Numbered from the stretch's first letter, positions 20,663-31,799 are shown. The stretch is 64,000 bases of DNA from an uncultured Chloroflexia bacterium (GCA_963748625.1 CAVVJT010000010.1:800001-864000); one strand, 5' to 3'. Notes: generated from the sequence alone by a model not told the origin. Numbers and translations are program-made.

Positions 20663-20962
20663 GCCGGGAGCCGGGGATGGCCGGCGCGCCTCCGGAATCA
20701 GAACGACGGGCCCGAAGGCCCGCCGTCCCAAGTCCTGTCGATCACGCGGTGGAGGGGGAGGAGGGTTCCGCGCGACCGGCTGTGTGTCGTTTCCTGGAGC
20801 GGTCCCGGCCCTCCCGAGCGCCGCTGCCGAGAGGAATCCTCGCCGATGGACCTGTCGGAGCGCCGGTGCCGGGCGGCCCGTCAATCCGGGACGGTGTGGG
20901 ACCAGTGGCACGGGACCCAGGGGGTGAACGTCCCGGTTCGTCCGGCTCCCCGGTTCGGGACC

Positions 20963-22741
20963 TCAGCGTCCGGGAAGGCGCGCGACAACCGTCGACGGAT
21001 CATCACGGACAACATCGGGGCCGGCAGGCCGCAGCTCGAAGCCAGCGCCGGCCAGCAGCCTGCGGGCGACCTCGAGGCGCCGGTCGATGGGCCCCGGATC
21101 GACGACGTCCCGCTCTGCGGCGCCCACGCGGGCCTCCATCGGGGTTCGCGCCGGTCGGCCGTCCGCGAGCGCCCGGAGCAGGGCGCCGCCGAGCCCGCGA
21201 CCACGGAACGCCGGAGCGACGCCCACGACGAGCAGGGACTCCACCGCCGCCTCGGTCATCGACGGCGCCGCGACCGCGACCCCCACGAGCACGCCATCCG
21301 ACACCGCACCGACGGCGCGCGCGTCATCGACCAGCGCAGCAACCAGGAGCGCGCGCGCATCCTCCGTGTCGAAGGGCGCAATGGTGCGCGGGGCAAGCGC
21401 GAGCGCGGTCACCCCGGCCGCCGTGAGAGGGTGCAGGGTCGGCTCGAGGGCGGCCTCCGCAACAGGCACACGCCCGGCGTCGTGGGACGCGAGCGGCGGT
21501 GCGGCGACGCCAGCCAGCACCGGCAGCCCCGCCCACGCCAGCGACGGCCGCCACCAGCCGCGGTCCTCGGCCTCGCGCACCAGGCGCGGCAGGGCGACGG
21601 CACGCACGCGGGCGAGGGTCGCAAGCGAGGTCTGCTCCGCCCCCTCCTGGGTCCCGCTCACCGGGCGCCCCGCGTTGGGCGGGTCGAGGAACACGTCGGG
21701 CATGCCCGGGGTGCCGAAGGCCGCCGCATCGAGCGCCCACCGGTCGCGCCACGCCGGCGGCGTCGCCGCCTCCGGCGCACGGTGGGCGCCGGCGAGCCAG
21801 GTCAAGGCCCAGGCCCTCGGTACAACCCGGTACGCGTCGTACCCGCCCCCGCCGGTGGCCAGCCAGCGCCCGCCGGCCCAGCGGTGCGCGACCGCATCGA
21901 CCAGTCGTGCCGCCTCGGCCATGCCGGTCGTGGTCACGCGCAGGTGCGCGAGGGGGTCCAGCACGTGTGCGTCGGCCCCGTGCTGGCTGACGATCACGTC
22001 GGGTCCGAAGACCGCCGCCAGCGCCGGCAGCAGGGCGCGCACAGCCGGGAGCCACGCGGTGTCGCCCGTGAAGGGCTCGAAGGGCATGTTGACCGAGCTC
22101 CCGGCTCCCTCCCCCTCCCCCAGCTCGTCGGGGAAGCCGGTCTCCGGGAACAGGTACCGGCCGCTCTCGTGGAACGAAAGGGTCAGCACGCCCGGATCGC
22201 CGTAGGTCATCGCCTGCACCCCGTCGCCGTGGTGCACGTCCAGGTCCACGTAGAGCACGCGGTGCCCCTCGGCCCGGGCCCGGACCACCGCAAGGGCCGG
22301 GTCGTTGTAGACGCAGAAGCCCCAGGCCTTCGCCGGCATCGCGTGGTGCAGGCCGCCACCCGGATGGAAGGCGTGCTCCACGCGCCCCGCCAGCACGCCT
22401 CGATCGCCCCGACCGCCCCGCCGACGATCGCCGCAGACGCCTCGTGCATACCTGAGAACGCCGGGTTGTCGGACAGGCCGATGCCCAGCTCGCCGCGCAA
22501 GGTGCGGGTCCGCAGAGAACCGGCGCACGGCCGCCAGGTACTCGGGCAGGTGGACGCGCAGCAGGACCTCGTCGTCCACGGGCTCCGGGGCCAGCCCGGG
22601 TTCGGCGCCCACGTGGTGCAGCAGGTCGATGCCGGGCCCGAAGCGCAATGGCGTCAGCGGGTGCTGGGACCCGAAGTCATATGCCAGCGAGCGGGGTCCG
22701 AAGACGAGGAGCGGGCCGTCGATCGTGGACACGCCCGTCAC
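20963..22741 (-). CDS. AcuC/histone-deacetylase family protein fused to a C-terminal GNAT-like domain
   Basis: HPLTPLR, GGLHHA, GFCVYND, DLDVHHGDG, SQHGADAH, GGGGY; C-terminal VGVAPAFRGRGLGGALL. Compensating frameshift pair around 22400-22500. Confidence 0.85.
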   Translation of the reverse strand: MTGVSTIDGPLLVFGPRSLAYDFGSQHPLTPLRFGPGIDLLHHVGAEPGLAPEPVDDEVLLRVHLPEYLAAVRRFSADPHLARRAGHRPVRQPGVLRYARGVCGDRRRGGRGDRGVLAGRVEHAFHPGGGLHHAMPAKAWGFCVYNDPALAVVRARAEGHRVLYVDLDVHHGDGVQAMTYGDPGVLTLSFHESGRYLFPETGFPDELGEGEGAGSSVNMPFEPFTGDTAWLPAVRALLPALAAVFGPDVIVSQHGADAHVLDPLAHLRVTTTGMAEAARLVDAVAHRWAGGRWLATGGGGYDAYRVVPRAWALTWLAGAHRAPEAATPPAWRDRWALDAAAFGTPGMPDVFLDPPNAGRPVSGTQEGAEQTSLATLARVRAVALPRLVREAEDRGWWRPSLAWAGLPVLAGVAAPPLASHDAGRVPVAEAALEPTLHPLTAAGVTALALAPRTIAPFDTEDARALLVAALVDDARAVGAVSDGVLVGVAVAAPSMTEAAVESLLVVGVAPAFRGRGLGGALLRALADGRPARTPMEARVGAAERDVVDPGPIDRRLEVARRLLAGAGFELRPAGPDVVRDDPSTVVARLPGR

Positions 22742-22792
22742 CTTATCGCGCAGGTGGCGTCACGGCGCGTGTCCGCTGCTACCATCCGCGCC

Positions 22793-22966
22793 ATGGACAT
22801 CCTGATCGTCCTCGTCATCGTCCTGGTCATCGTGCTGATGTGGCGCGGCCCCAAGACCCTGCCCCTGATCGGCAAGGCCTTCGGCCAGGGCGTCAAGGAA
22901 GCACGCAAGGAGATCGACGACATCAAGTCCGACGTCTCCTCGAAGGACGACACGCCGCCCTCCTGA
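22793..22966 (+). CDS. tatA: Twin-arginine translocase TatA/TatE subunit
   Basis: 57 aa: N-terminal TM, GPKTLPLIGKAFGQGVKEARK amphipathic helix, acidic tail. Confidence 0.85.
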   Translation: MDILIVLVIVLVIVLMWRGPKTLPLIGKAFGQGVKEARKEIDDIKSDVSSKDDTPPS

Positions 22967-23011
22967 GCGTGAGCCGGCCGCAGCCGAACGGGACCTCGCC
23001 GGGGGACCGCG

Positions 23012-25115
23012 TCATCCGCCGGCCAGCAGCGCCTCGAGGGCCTCGGGCTCGGTCACCGGCTGTCGGCAGGCGAAGTCGCGGCAGACGTACGCGGTCGCCC
23101 GTCCCTGCAACCGGAACCGGTGCGGCAGCAGCGGGATCGCACTCGCGTCAGGGTCGGCGGCCAGCGCCCTGACCGCGAACGGCCGGTACACGGCGTCGAT
23201 CGTGCGGATGAGCGCGGCCGTATCGGCAGCACCCAGGTCAGCCGCCATGGCGACCTCGAGGTAGCCCGCGTGGGCGGCCTCGAGTGCAGCCAGCCACTGC
23301 GCGAAGGCGTTGGGGTACCGCGCAAGGAACGGGCCGACCGTGGCCAGCGCCTCCTCGGCGGCGGACCGGTAGCGATCCTCGCCGGTGAGGGCGGCGAGGC
23401 GCAGCAGCACGGTGACCGCCATCGCGCCACCGGACGGCGTGGCGTTGTCCTGCTGGCTGCGGGGCCGCACGACGAGGGCCTCGCCGTCATCGGGCGTGTC
23501 GAAGAAGGCGCCGGCCGGGTCGGCGAAGTGGTCCAGCATCCGGTCCGCGAGACCCCTGGCGGTGGCGAACCAGCGCTCGTCGAAGGTGGCCTCGTAGAGG
23601 GCGAGCAGACCCTCGGCAAGGTCCGCGTAGTCCTCGAGCGTGCCGTCAGCTGTCGCGCGCCCGTCCTTCCATGATCGGCGCAGGCGGCCGTCCGGAGCGA
23701 GGAGGCCCGTGACGACGACGTCGGCAGCCTCGACGGCCGCACTGCGGTAGCGAGCTGCGTCGGTCGAGGGTCCAGGCCCGGGGCCGGCCACGTCGAGGGC
23801 GCGGGCAGCGTCGGCCAGCGCGGCGATCGCGAGGCCGTTCCAGGCCGCGAGCACCTTGTCGTCGCGGGCGGGCTGGGGTCGCTGCGCACGCCGGACGAGC
23901 AGGGTGCTCCGGGCATGGGCCAGGCGGTCCGCCACGACGCCCTGCGCCAGCCCAAACCGCTCGCCAAGCTCCGCGTCGCCGCGGACGCGGGAGAGGATCG
24001 TGCGCCCCTCCCAGTTCCCGGCGTCGGTGACGCCGTAGGCCGCAGCGAACAGGGGCGCATCGTCGCCCAGGATCTCGCGCACCTCCGCCGCCGACCACGT
24101 GAACGTGGCGCCCTCGACGCCGTCCGTGTCGGCGTCCTGGCTTGCCGCGAACCCGCCCCCGTCCACGCGCAGCTCCCGCAGCAGGTAGTCGAGCGTGGCG
24201 GTGGCAACGTCCCGGTAGGCGGGGTCGCCCGTGAGCTGCCACGCGTGCACGTAGACCCGCGCAAGCTGGGCGTTGTCGTAGAGCATCTGCTCGAAATGCG
24301 GCACCAGCCAGTGCGCATCGGTGCTGTAGCGATGGAACCCGCCGCCCAGCTGGTCCCGCACGCCACCGGCCGCCATGGCGTCCAGGCTCCTGCACGCCGT
24401 CGCCAGCCAGCGGGGGTCACCAGTCACGACGTGATGCCGGAGCAGCAGCTCGATCGCCATCGGCTGGGGGAACTTGGGGGCCTGGCCCCAGCCGCCGTGC
24501 TCCCGGTCGAACGCGGCCTCGAGCGCCGCTGCGGCCTCGGCAAGCACCGCTCGGGGTGGCAGCCCCGGAGGACGGCGACGCCGACCGCTGCTGCTCGGCG
24601 ATAGCGCGGACCAGCGTGTCGGCCGCCTCACCGAGCCCGGCACGCTGCGAGTCCCAGGCCAGTCGCACGCCCTCGAGCACCTGGCGGAACGAGGGCATGC
24701 CGTGGCGCGGGGTGTCCGGGTAGTACGTGCCGCCGAAGAACGGGCGGCCGGCGGTGTCCAGGAACACGCTCATCGGCCAGCCGCCGCCACCGGTGAGCGC
24801 CTGGACCGCGCCCATGTACAGGGCGTCGATGTCGGGGCGCTCCTCGCGGTCGACCTTGATCGCGACGTAGTGCTCGTTGAGCAGGGCCGCGGTCCGCTCG
24901 TCCTCGAACGACTCACGCTCCATGACGTGGCACCAGTGGCAGGCCGCATAGCCGATGGAGAGGAAGACCGGCCGGTCGAGGGCGCGCGCGCGCTCGAGGG
25001 CCTCGGCGCCCCACGGGTACCAGTCCACCGGGTTGTGGGCGTGCTGGAGCAGATACGGGCTGGTCTCGCCGGCGAGCCGGTTCGCGGGCCGCCGGGCCGG
25101 ATCGACATCAGGCAT
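23012..25115 (-). CDS. Thioredoxin domain-containing protein (YyaL/DUF255, SPATA20-like), apparent frameshift ~24570
   Basis: [57 protein letters not shown]. Confidence 0.92.
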
Positions 25116-25302
25116 GGCCACGATGGTACGCGGCACGGCCCATCCCCCACCGGCAGGCACCGGTCCTGCAGGGTGGCGTCCCGATGATTCGTGCCGAACG
25201 GCCTGTCACCAAAATGTCCGCCACCCCTCTAGCACTGATGGCCCGACAGTCGTAGGCTACGCACAGCGCCGAATCGTACCGTGCCTCGTCCCAGGAGCTG
25301 GA

Positions 25303-27157
25303 TTGCTGAACCGCATCCCGCGCGCACTGATCCTCGCTATAACGATCACCGCCCTCGCCGCGACGGCGCTTGCCGCGCCTGCCGCGGCAGCGTCGCGCGT
25401 CGCGCGAGTCGCGCTGATCGTGGGCCCGGCGGGCGACGTCACCGCGCGCTACCGGGCGCTCGCGGAAGACGCGGCGGACGTCGCGCGCAAGGCCGGCGCC
25501 CAGGTTGTCACCGTGTACTCGCCCGATGCCACCTGGCCCGCCGTGAAGCGCGCCGTGGAGGGCGCCTCCATCGTCGTCTACCTCGGCCACGGCAACGGCT
25601 GGCCGTCCCCGTACCGGGACTCGCTGTACCCCCGCTCCCAGAACGGGTTCGGGCTCAATCCCGTCGCCGGCCGCAACGATCGTGACCACCAGTACTTCGG
25701 TGAGGCGTCGATCGAGAACCTCCAGCTCGCGTCCAACGCGGTCGTGGTGTTCAGCCACCTCTGCTACGCCAGCGGCAACTCGGAGCCGGGCATCGCGGAG
25801 GGCTCAGTTGACGACGCCGTCCAGCGCGTGGACAACTACGCGTCGGGCTTCATCCGGGCAGGTGCCCGTGCCGTGGTCGCCGAGGCGTACCTTGGTCCCG
25901 CCTACTACGTGAACGCGATCCTCAAGGGCCGAGGCACCATCGAGGCCATCTGGGATGGCGCGCCCACGGCCAACGGCCACACGTTCGCTGTCGCGAGCAC
26001 CCGGACACCCGGCTACGCACTCCAGCTTGATCCCAACCGCCGTTCCAGCGGCTTCGTCCGCTCACTGGTCTCCCGTGGGGTCACGGCGGCCCAGGTGCGG
26101 GCCGGTGCGGCCGGCATCCCGGGCATCTCGGGGCCGCCGCCGCTGCCCTCCCTGACGAAGCAGGGGATCCGCTTCAGCGAGGCGGCGTTCGCCGCGCTGC
26201 CGATCGCCACCACGACGACCACCCTCACGCTCCCGGTCAGCAAAGGGTCGCGTGGACCGCATCCCTGCCGGCACGGAGGTCAGCGTCCGCTGGGATCCGA
26301 TCGTCCTCGACACGCCCGAGCCCACCGCGACGCCGGCGCCCGAGCCGACAAAGGGTCCGGTCTCGAACTGGGCGATCGCCACGCCCACGCCGCTGCCGGC
26401 GGCTCCCGAGGTGGACCTCGTCGTGCCCGAGGCCGCCGGGTCCGTGGTGGAGCCCGTCGCGGTCATCAGGGATGCGGCCGGCCTGCGACTCACGGTCAGC
26501 TACCCCAAGGCGCCCGGGCTCTACCGCCTGACGGCGATGCTCCACACGGCCGAGGGCGTCGCGTACGACACAGAGACCCAGTCGCTGCTGACACCGGTCC
26601 TTGTGAAGGTGGGCGGGGCCATCGCCGCCGCCTACGGCGTGCCATCCTCGCTCGATCTGGAGGCTGGCGACAGCGTGAAGCTCCCGGTCCGGGTGATGAA
26701 CGCGGGCTCCCAGCGCTGGGATCTCGAGACCACGGCACCCCGGACCATGGTTGCGGGCGAGCCGCAGCTGCCCGGTCGTGTCAGCACCGTCCCGGCCAGG
26801 CTCGTCGCAACATGGGTCTCAACGTCGGGTCACCCGGTCCCGGCGCCTGCGACCGTCCCGCTCGCGAACGCCGTTGCCACCCCTGGCGGGGTGGCCGAGG
26901 CGGAGATCGCGCTGACGGTGCCCGCTGAGGCCGGCGACTACCTGCTGCTGCTCGACGTGGTCTCGCCTGCGAGTGGATCCCTCTCCGCGCTGGGGTCGGA
27001 GCCGGCCATCGTGCGCGTGACGGTCACCGGCAGCCTCGTGGTCGCGGCACCGTCGCCGGCCGTCCCCGCGTCGCCGGCCGTCCCCGCGTCCCCTGCGGTT
27101 CCCGCGTCCCCTGCGGTTCCCGTTTCGGCGGACCCGTCCGCGGCACCGGGCTCCTGA
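25303..27157 (+). CDS. Secreted hypothetical protein with a possible clan CD (His-Gly/Cys) peptidase-like N-terminal domain; apparent frameshift ~26255
   Basis: TTG start after AGGAG, signal peptide, VVYLGHGNG and VVFSHLCYASG, Pro/Thr linker, beta-rich C-terminus, (SPAVPA)n tail. Confidence 0.6.
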
Positions 27158-27213
27158 CCGCGGCCAGCACGCCGCCGGACGACGTTCCTGCCCGAGGCAT
27201 CCGCGCCGGAACG

Positions 27214-27912
27214 GTGCCGGCCTTCCTGCCCTCCGTCCACGGGCTCCACTTCGCCAACCGGTTCCCGCCGGGCCCCACCCTGACCCTCGGCCCGTTCGAC
27301 CCGCGCATGGTGGGCTTCGGGGATGCGTCGACGGGCCTGTGCGGGGGCATGGCCCTCACGGCCCGGGATCTCTGGGAGGCTGGCGTCCCTGCACCCCTCG
27401 ACACGGCACCTCCGGACAACGGGAGCCGCCGCTTCCGCTCCCTGGTCCGTCGCCAGGTCGAGTCACTCGACTGGCTGCGCGTCCCCCTGCGCTACTTCGA
27501 CCTGCAGGCCATGCGTCCGGACCCGCCGACGCTGCTGTCAAGCGCGGTGGGGCGTCTGCCCGCCCGTGTGCCTGCCATCCGCGACGAGTGGCCCCACATC
27601 CGGCGCGGGCTGGCGGCAGGACATCCGGTGGTCGTCGGCCTGGTCCGCGCGGCAGGATCCTCACCCTGGCGGCTGACGCAGAACCACCAGGTTCTCGCGT
27701 GGGCGTGGGAGGAGACCCCGGTGTCGATCACCATCCGCATCTACGACCCCAACCACCCGTGCCGGGACGACGTGGTGCTCCTGGTGGACATCGAGCCCGG
27801 ACCAGGGCTGTGGCACGAGCGGCTCAGCCTCAGCCAGTCCACCGGCGAGCCGCTGCTTGGCTTCTTCCGCCAGCCCTACCCCGGACCGCGACCGGTGCGC
27901 GCCTGGCGGTGA
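27214..27912 (+). CDS. Hypothetical protein with papain-like Cys-His-Asp motif order
   Basis: GLCGGM, NHQVLAW, IYDPN. Confidence 0.6.
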   Translation: MPAFLPSVHGLHFANRFPPGPTLTLGPFDPRMVGFGDASTGLCGGMALTARDLWEAGVPAPLDTAPPDNGSRRFRSLVRRQVESLDWLRVPLRYFDLQAMRPDPPTLLSSAVGRLPARVPAIRDEWPHIRRGLAAGHPVVVGLVRAAGSSPWRLTQNHQVLAWAWEETPVSITIRIYDPNHPCRDDVVLLVDIEPGPGLWHERLSLSQSTGEPLLGFFRQPYPGPRPVRAWR

Positions 27913-27961
27913 TCCAGGCGACGGACGGGCGCCGCCTGACCCACCAGGGCCTGTCGGGCGC

Positions 27962-30700
27962 TCAGAGAGCCGGCAGGGACTGCGCGTCGTCCGGCAGGCG
28001 GGCCCACGGGTCGCCGATGGCCGCGGCACGTGTCGGGAGGGAGCGCACCGTCCACCGGTCGGGGGCCAGCGAGGGATCGTCGAGCTCGTCCCAGGTGATG
28101 GGCGCGGATACCGGTGCCCCGGGCCGCGGACGGACCGCGTAGGGGGCGACCAGCGTCTTGATCGGCTGGTTCTGGGTGTAGTCGAGCCGCGCACGTCCAG
28201 CCCGGTCGGCCTTGGCCCACTCCCAGGAGACGAGATCGGGCACGGTTGCGCCGACCGCCCTCGACAGGCGCTCCACCCAGGCCGACGTCTCGTCGAAGCT
28301 GTACCGGCCACGCTCGAGCGGGATCCAGGCCTGGATGCCGCGGCTGCCCGTCAGCTTGGGGTAGGCGCGGACGCCCAGGTGCTCGAGCGCAGTGCGGAAG
28401 AGGCGCGCGAGGAGCAGCGTCTGCTCCCACGTGGTGGCGGTCCCGGGGTCGATGTCGATGAGGGCGTACGTCGGGCGCCACGGATCGTCCATGGTGGACG
28501 TCCAGGCGTGGAACTCGAAGGCCGCCTGGTTGCCCAGCCAGCACAGGGCCGCGACGGAGTCGGCCACGAGATGGTCATTAGCGGCCCGGTCCTCGCGCTC
28601 GCGGAAGCCCTGCTCATGCCAGATCGTCAGCCAGCGGGGCGCACTTGCCGGGATGTCCTTCTGCCAGAACCCGGGCGCTGCCGCCCCGTTGGGGAAACGG
28701 TGCAGGTTGAGCGGGCGGCGCGAGAGATGGGGCAGCACGAGCGGCGCGACGCGGGCGAGGTAGCCGATGAGGTCACGCTTGGTCACCGGCTGCTCATCGA
28801 CGCCGTCACGGGGGACGAAGAGGACCTTGTCCAGGTTCGTGAGCTTGAGATCCCGTCCGCCGACGCTCCAGACGGCATCGCCCCCGAGTGCCACGAGCGC
28901 GTCGAGTTCGGCATCGGTGGCGACGGCAAACGCGACCGGGGTGGCGCCGGGGGCCGGGGCGGGGGCGGCGGCTGGAGCGGGGGCGGCGGCCTCGGTGGCC
29001 ACCTCGCGCTCGGCACGGACAGGATCCACCGGCTGCTCGCGCACCACCTCGCGCGGGTCCCGCCTGGGCTCGATCCCCTTGTAGGACGCCTGGCGGATGT
29101 GGCCGTCCCGTGACCACCCGCCCAGCTCCACCCGCACGACCAGCTCCGGGCGGACCCAGCGGACCCCGGCGAGATCGCCGCCCCAGCGTCCCTTGTAGTC
29201 GGGCGGAGGGGCGGGATCGAACGCCGGCGCCTCGATCTCGAGTCCACCGAGGCGGGCGAGGAGGTCGGCGCGCGTCCGTGCGGTGAACCCGGAGCCGACC
29301 TTGCCCACGAACTGGAGCGTCTCGCCCTCGTACACCCCCAGCACCAGCGCTCCGAGATCCTTCGCGCTCCCCTCCCCCGGCGTCCAACCGCCGACGACCA
29401 CCTCCTGCTCGGGACGGACCTTGAGCTTGAGCCACGCCGGCGAACGGCGGCCGGGCTCATACCGGGAGCGGCGCTGCTTGGCCACGACACCCTCGAGGCC
29501 CTGGGCGGCGGCGGCCTCGAAGAAGGCGATGCCCTCGGTCGCGATGTGCTTCGCGTACTGGACCCGGGGTGTCGGGCGCAGCACCAGCTCCAGCAGGCGC
29601 TTGCGCTCCTCGAGCGGCACGTCGAGCAACGAGCGCCCGTCGAGGTGCAGCAGGTCGAACGCCTGGAAGACAAGACCCGATGGTGTCCCGGCCCGCGCCG
29701 CCGAGATGCGCTCCTGGAGCAGCGAGAAGTCCGGGCGGCCGTGCTCGTCGAGCGCGACAACCTCCCCGTCCACGATGGCCTCGCGGGCGGCGATCCACCC
29801 GGGCGGCTCCAGCAGGCGGCCGAAGTAGCCGGCCGCGTCGTGGCCGTTGCGGGTGTAGAGGCGGACGGCGCCGGCCTCCACGACCGCTTCGACCCGATAC
29901 CCGTCCCACTTGATCTCGAACAGCCAGTCCTCGTCGCTGAACGGGCGGCTCGCCAGCGTCGCCCGCATGGGCTCGAGGTAGCGCGGCATCGGCGCCGGTC
30001 GTGCAGCGGAGAGGTCGATGCGGGCCGTCGCAGCGGGCATCTCGGACACCCAGATCACCGGTGCGTCTGTCTTCACCTGGTCGTTGGTGCGGCCGGACTT
30101 CACGCTTTGCGGGTGATCCTCCGCGTCCCAGCCGGCGACCGCGTGCTCGTCGCGCTTCTTGATCAGCAGCCACTGCTCGCCCTCGTCGTCCTCGAAGGCG
30201 GTCCGGGGCACCGCACCCGGCCGACGGCTGGTGCGGACGATGGTGAACCGGCCGACCAGCTTCTCGCCGCGGGCGCGGAACTTGAGCTCGCCATCCACGA
30301 TGGCCTGCACCGGATCGGGGGTCTCGGGCTCCGGCTCCCAGGTGCCCCAGTCCCACACGATGACGTCGCCGGCGCCGTACTGCCTGGGCGGGATGACCCC
30401 TTCGAAGTCGAAGTACTCGACCGGATGGTCCTCCACGTGGACCGCCATGCGCCGGGCGTCGGGGTCCAGCGTGGGGCCCTTGGGGACGGCCCACGACACG
30501 AGGACGCCGTCGATCTCGAGCCGCACGTCGTAGTGGAGGCGCGACGCGCGGTGGCGCTGGACCACGAAGCGGCCGCGAACCGGGAGTCCGTCGGCCGACG
30601 CTGCGCGTGCCGAGGCGACCGGTGCCGGGGCGACCGGTCCCGGGGCGGGCTCGGGCGTCTTCGCGAAGTCGCGCTTGCGCCGGTAGTCGTCGAGCGGCAT
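27962..30700 (-). CDS. ligD: NHEJ DNA ligase D (phosphoesterase-ligase-polymerase order)
   Basis: YRRKRDF..FVVQRH..HYDVRLE (PE), EIKWDGYR, EGVVAK, WLKLK (ligase), LTNLDK, DIDP, LTGSRG, RLDYTQN (polymerase). Confidence 0.95.
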   Translation of the reverse strand: MPLDDYRRKRDFAKTPEPAPGPVAPAPVASARAASADGLPVRGRFVVQRHRASRLHYDVRLEIDGVLVSWAVPKGPTLDPDARRMAVHVEDHPVEYFDFEGVIPPRQYGAGDVIVWDWGTWEPEPETPDPVQAIVDGELKFRARGEKLVGRFTIVRTSRRPGAVPRTAFEDDEGEQWLLIKKRDEHAVAGWDAEDHPQSVKSGRTNDQVKTDAPVIWVSEMPAATARIDLSAARPAPMPRYLEPMRATLASRPFSDEDWLFEIKWDGYRVEAVVEAGAVRLYTRNGHDAAGYFGRLLEPPGWIAAREAIVDGEVVALDEHGRPDFSLLQERISAARAGTPSGLVFQAFDLLHLDGRSLLDVPLEERKRLLELVLRPTPRVQYAKHIATEGIAFFEAAAAQGLEGVVAKQRRSRYEPGRRSPAWLKLKVRPEQEVVVGGWTPGEGSAKDLGALVLGVYEGETLQFVGKVGSGFTARTRADLLARLGGLEIEAPAFDPAPPPDYKGRWGGDLAGVRWVRPELVVRVELGGWSRDGHIRQASYKGIEPRRDPREVVREQPVDPVRAEREVATEAAAPAPAAAPAPAPGATPVAFAVATDAELDALVALGGDAVWSVGGRDLKLTNLDKVLFVPRDGVDEQPVTKRDLIGYLARVAPLVLPHLSRRPLNLHRFPNGAAAPGFWQKDIPASAPRWLTIWHEQGFREREDRAANDHLVADSVAALCWLGNQAAFEFHAWTSTMDDPWRPTYALIDIDPGTATTWEQTLLLARLFRTALEHLGVRAYPKLTGSRGIQAWIPLERGRYSFDETSAWVERLSRAVGATVPDLVSWEWAKADRAGRARLDYTQNQPIKTLVAPYAVRPRPGAPVSAPITWDELDDPSLAPDRWTVRSLPTRAAAIGDPWARLPDDAQSLPAL

Positions 30701-30709
30701 TCGCCCTGG

Positions 30710-31678
30710 CTACGCGCTCTTGCGCCGACGGGCGGGACGGACCGCCTCGGAACCGGCGTCGGCATCCGCGTCGGCCGTCGTCTCGGGCTCTGCCGCGGTC
30801 GCGGCAGCCGCCTTCGGCGCGGACTTGCGGCTCGAGCGCTGCTCCTTGGCCTCGTCGACGGACACCGGGGCCACCGACGCCTTCGCGCGCGTGTCGGCCG
30901 CGGCCTTCACGCTGGCCTCGAGCAGCTTCATGAGATCAACGATATTGGAGGTCTCCTCGACGGGCTCGGGCTGGGCGACCTCGACGCCCTCGATCTTGGC
31001 CTCGATGACCTTGAGCAACGCCTCGCGGTACTCGTCCTTGTACCGGGCGGGGTCGAACTCCTCGGTCATCGCCTCCACGAGCTGCTCGGCCATCCTGATC
31101 TCGGCGGGCTTGAACTCCTGCTCCTCGGCGGGCAGGTCCAGCTCCTTGCTGGACCGGATCTCATCAGGCCAGTGGAGCGTGGTGAGGAGCATCGTGTCCT
31201 CGTAGGGGTCGATGACGGCCAGCGCCTCGCGATCCCGGATGACGACCTTGCAGATGGCCGTGAGGTCCTTCGCCGCCAGGACGGAGCGCAGCAGGTAGAA
31301 GGCCTTGCGCCCGATCTTGTCGGGCTCGATCAGGTAGGCCTGCTTGGTGAAGCGGGCGTGCTCCTCGACGGTCTTCGCGCGGGGGGCGAACTGCTCGATC
31401 TCGATGGCGCGAACCGTCTTGAGCGGGACCTTGTCGAGGTCCTCGTCGGTGATGACCACGTACTGGTCCGGGGCGTACTCGTACCCCTTGACCGTGTCGG
31501 AGCGGGAGATGACCTCCTCGTCCGTGGGACACCAGACCTTCATCTGGATGCGGGTGTTGTCCTTCGCGTGGAGCATGTTGAAGCGGATGGCGTAGTCGGA
31601 CTCGGTGGCGGTGTAGAGCTTGACCGGGATGGTCACCAGCCCGAACTGGATGGCGCCCTTCCACATCGAGCGAGGCAC
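30710..31678 (-). CDS. ku: NHEJ protein Ku
   Basis: MPRSMWKGAIQFGLVTIPVKLY, VKGYEY, YKDEYRE, VDLMKLLEASV, basic tail; 9 nt upstream of ligD. Confidence 0.96.
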   Translation of the reverse strand: MPRSMWKGAIQFGLVTIPVKLYTATESDYAIRFNMLHAKDNTRIQMKVWCPTDEEVISRSDTVKGYEYAPDQYVVITDEDLDKVPLKTVRAIEIEQFAPRAKTVEEHARFTKQAYLIEPDKIGRKAFYLLRSVLAAKDLTAICKVVIRDREALAVIDPYEDTMLLTTLHWPDEIRSSKELDLPAEEQEFKPAEIRMAEQLVEAMTEEFDPARYKDEYREALLKVIEAKIEGVEVAQPEPVEETSNIVDLMKLLEASVKAAADTRAKASVAPVSVDEAKEQRSSRKSAPKAAAATAAEPETTADADADAGSEAVRPARRRKSA

Positions 31679-31799
31679 GGTGCCGTCACGTCCTCCCGCG
31701 CCCGGTCCTGCGGGCGGCTCCCGGCGCCGCCCGGCCCTGCCGGGACGCAGACTCTACCACCGCGAGGCAAGGACGATGCCCGTGGGGACGGGACGCTGG

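Noticed and set aside
25140-25300. c-di-AMP (ydaO) riboswitch upstream of the secreted protein
   Set aside because: Only a gcgccgaatc fragment matches; the remaining conserved elements are not visible.
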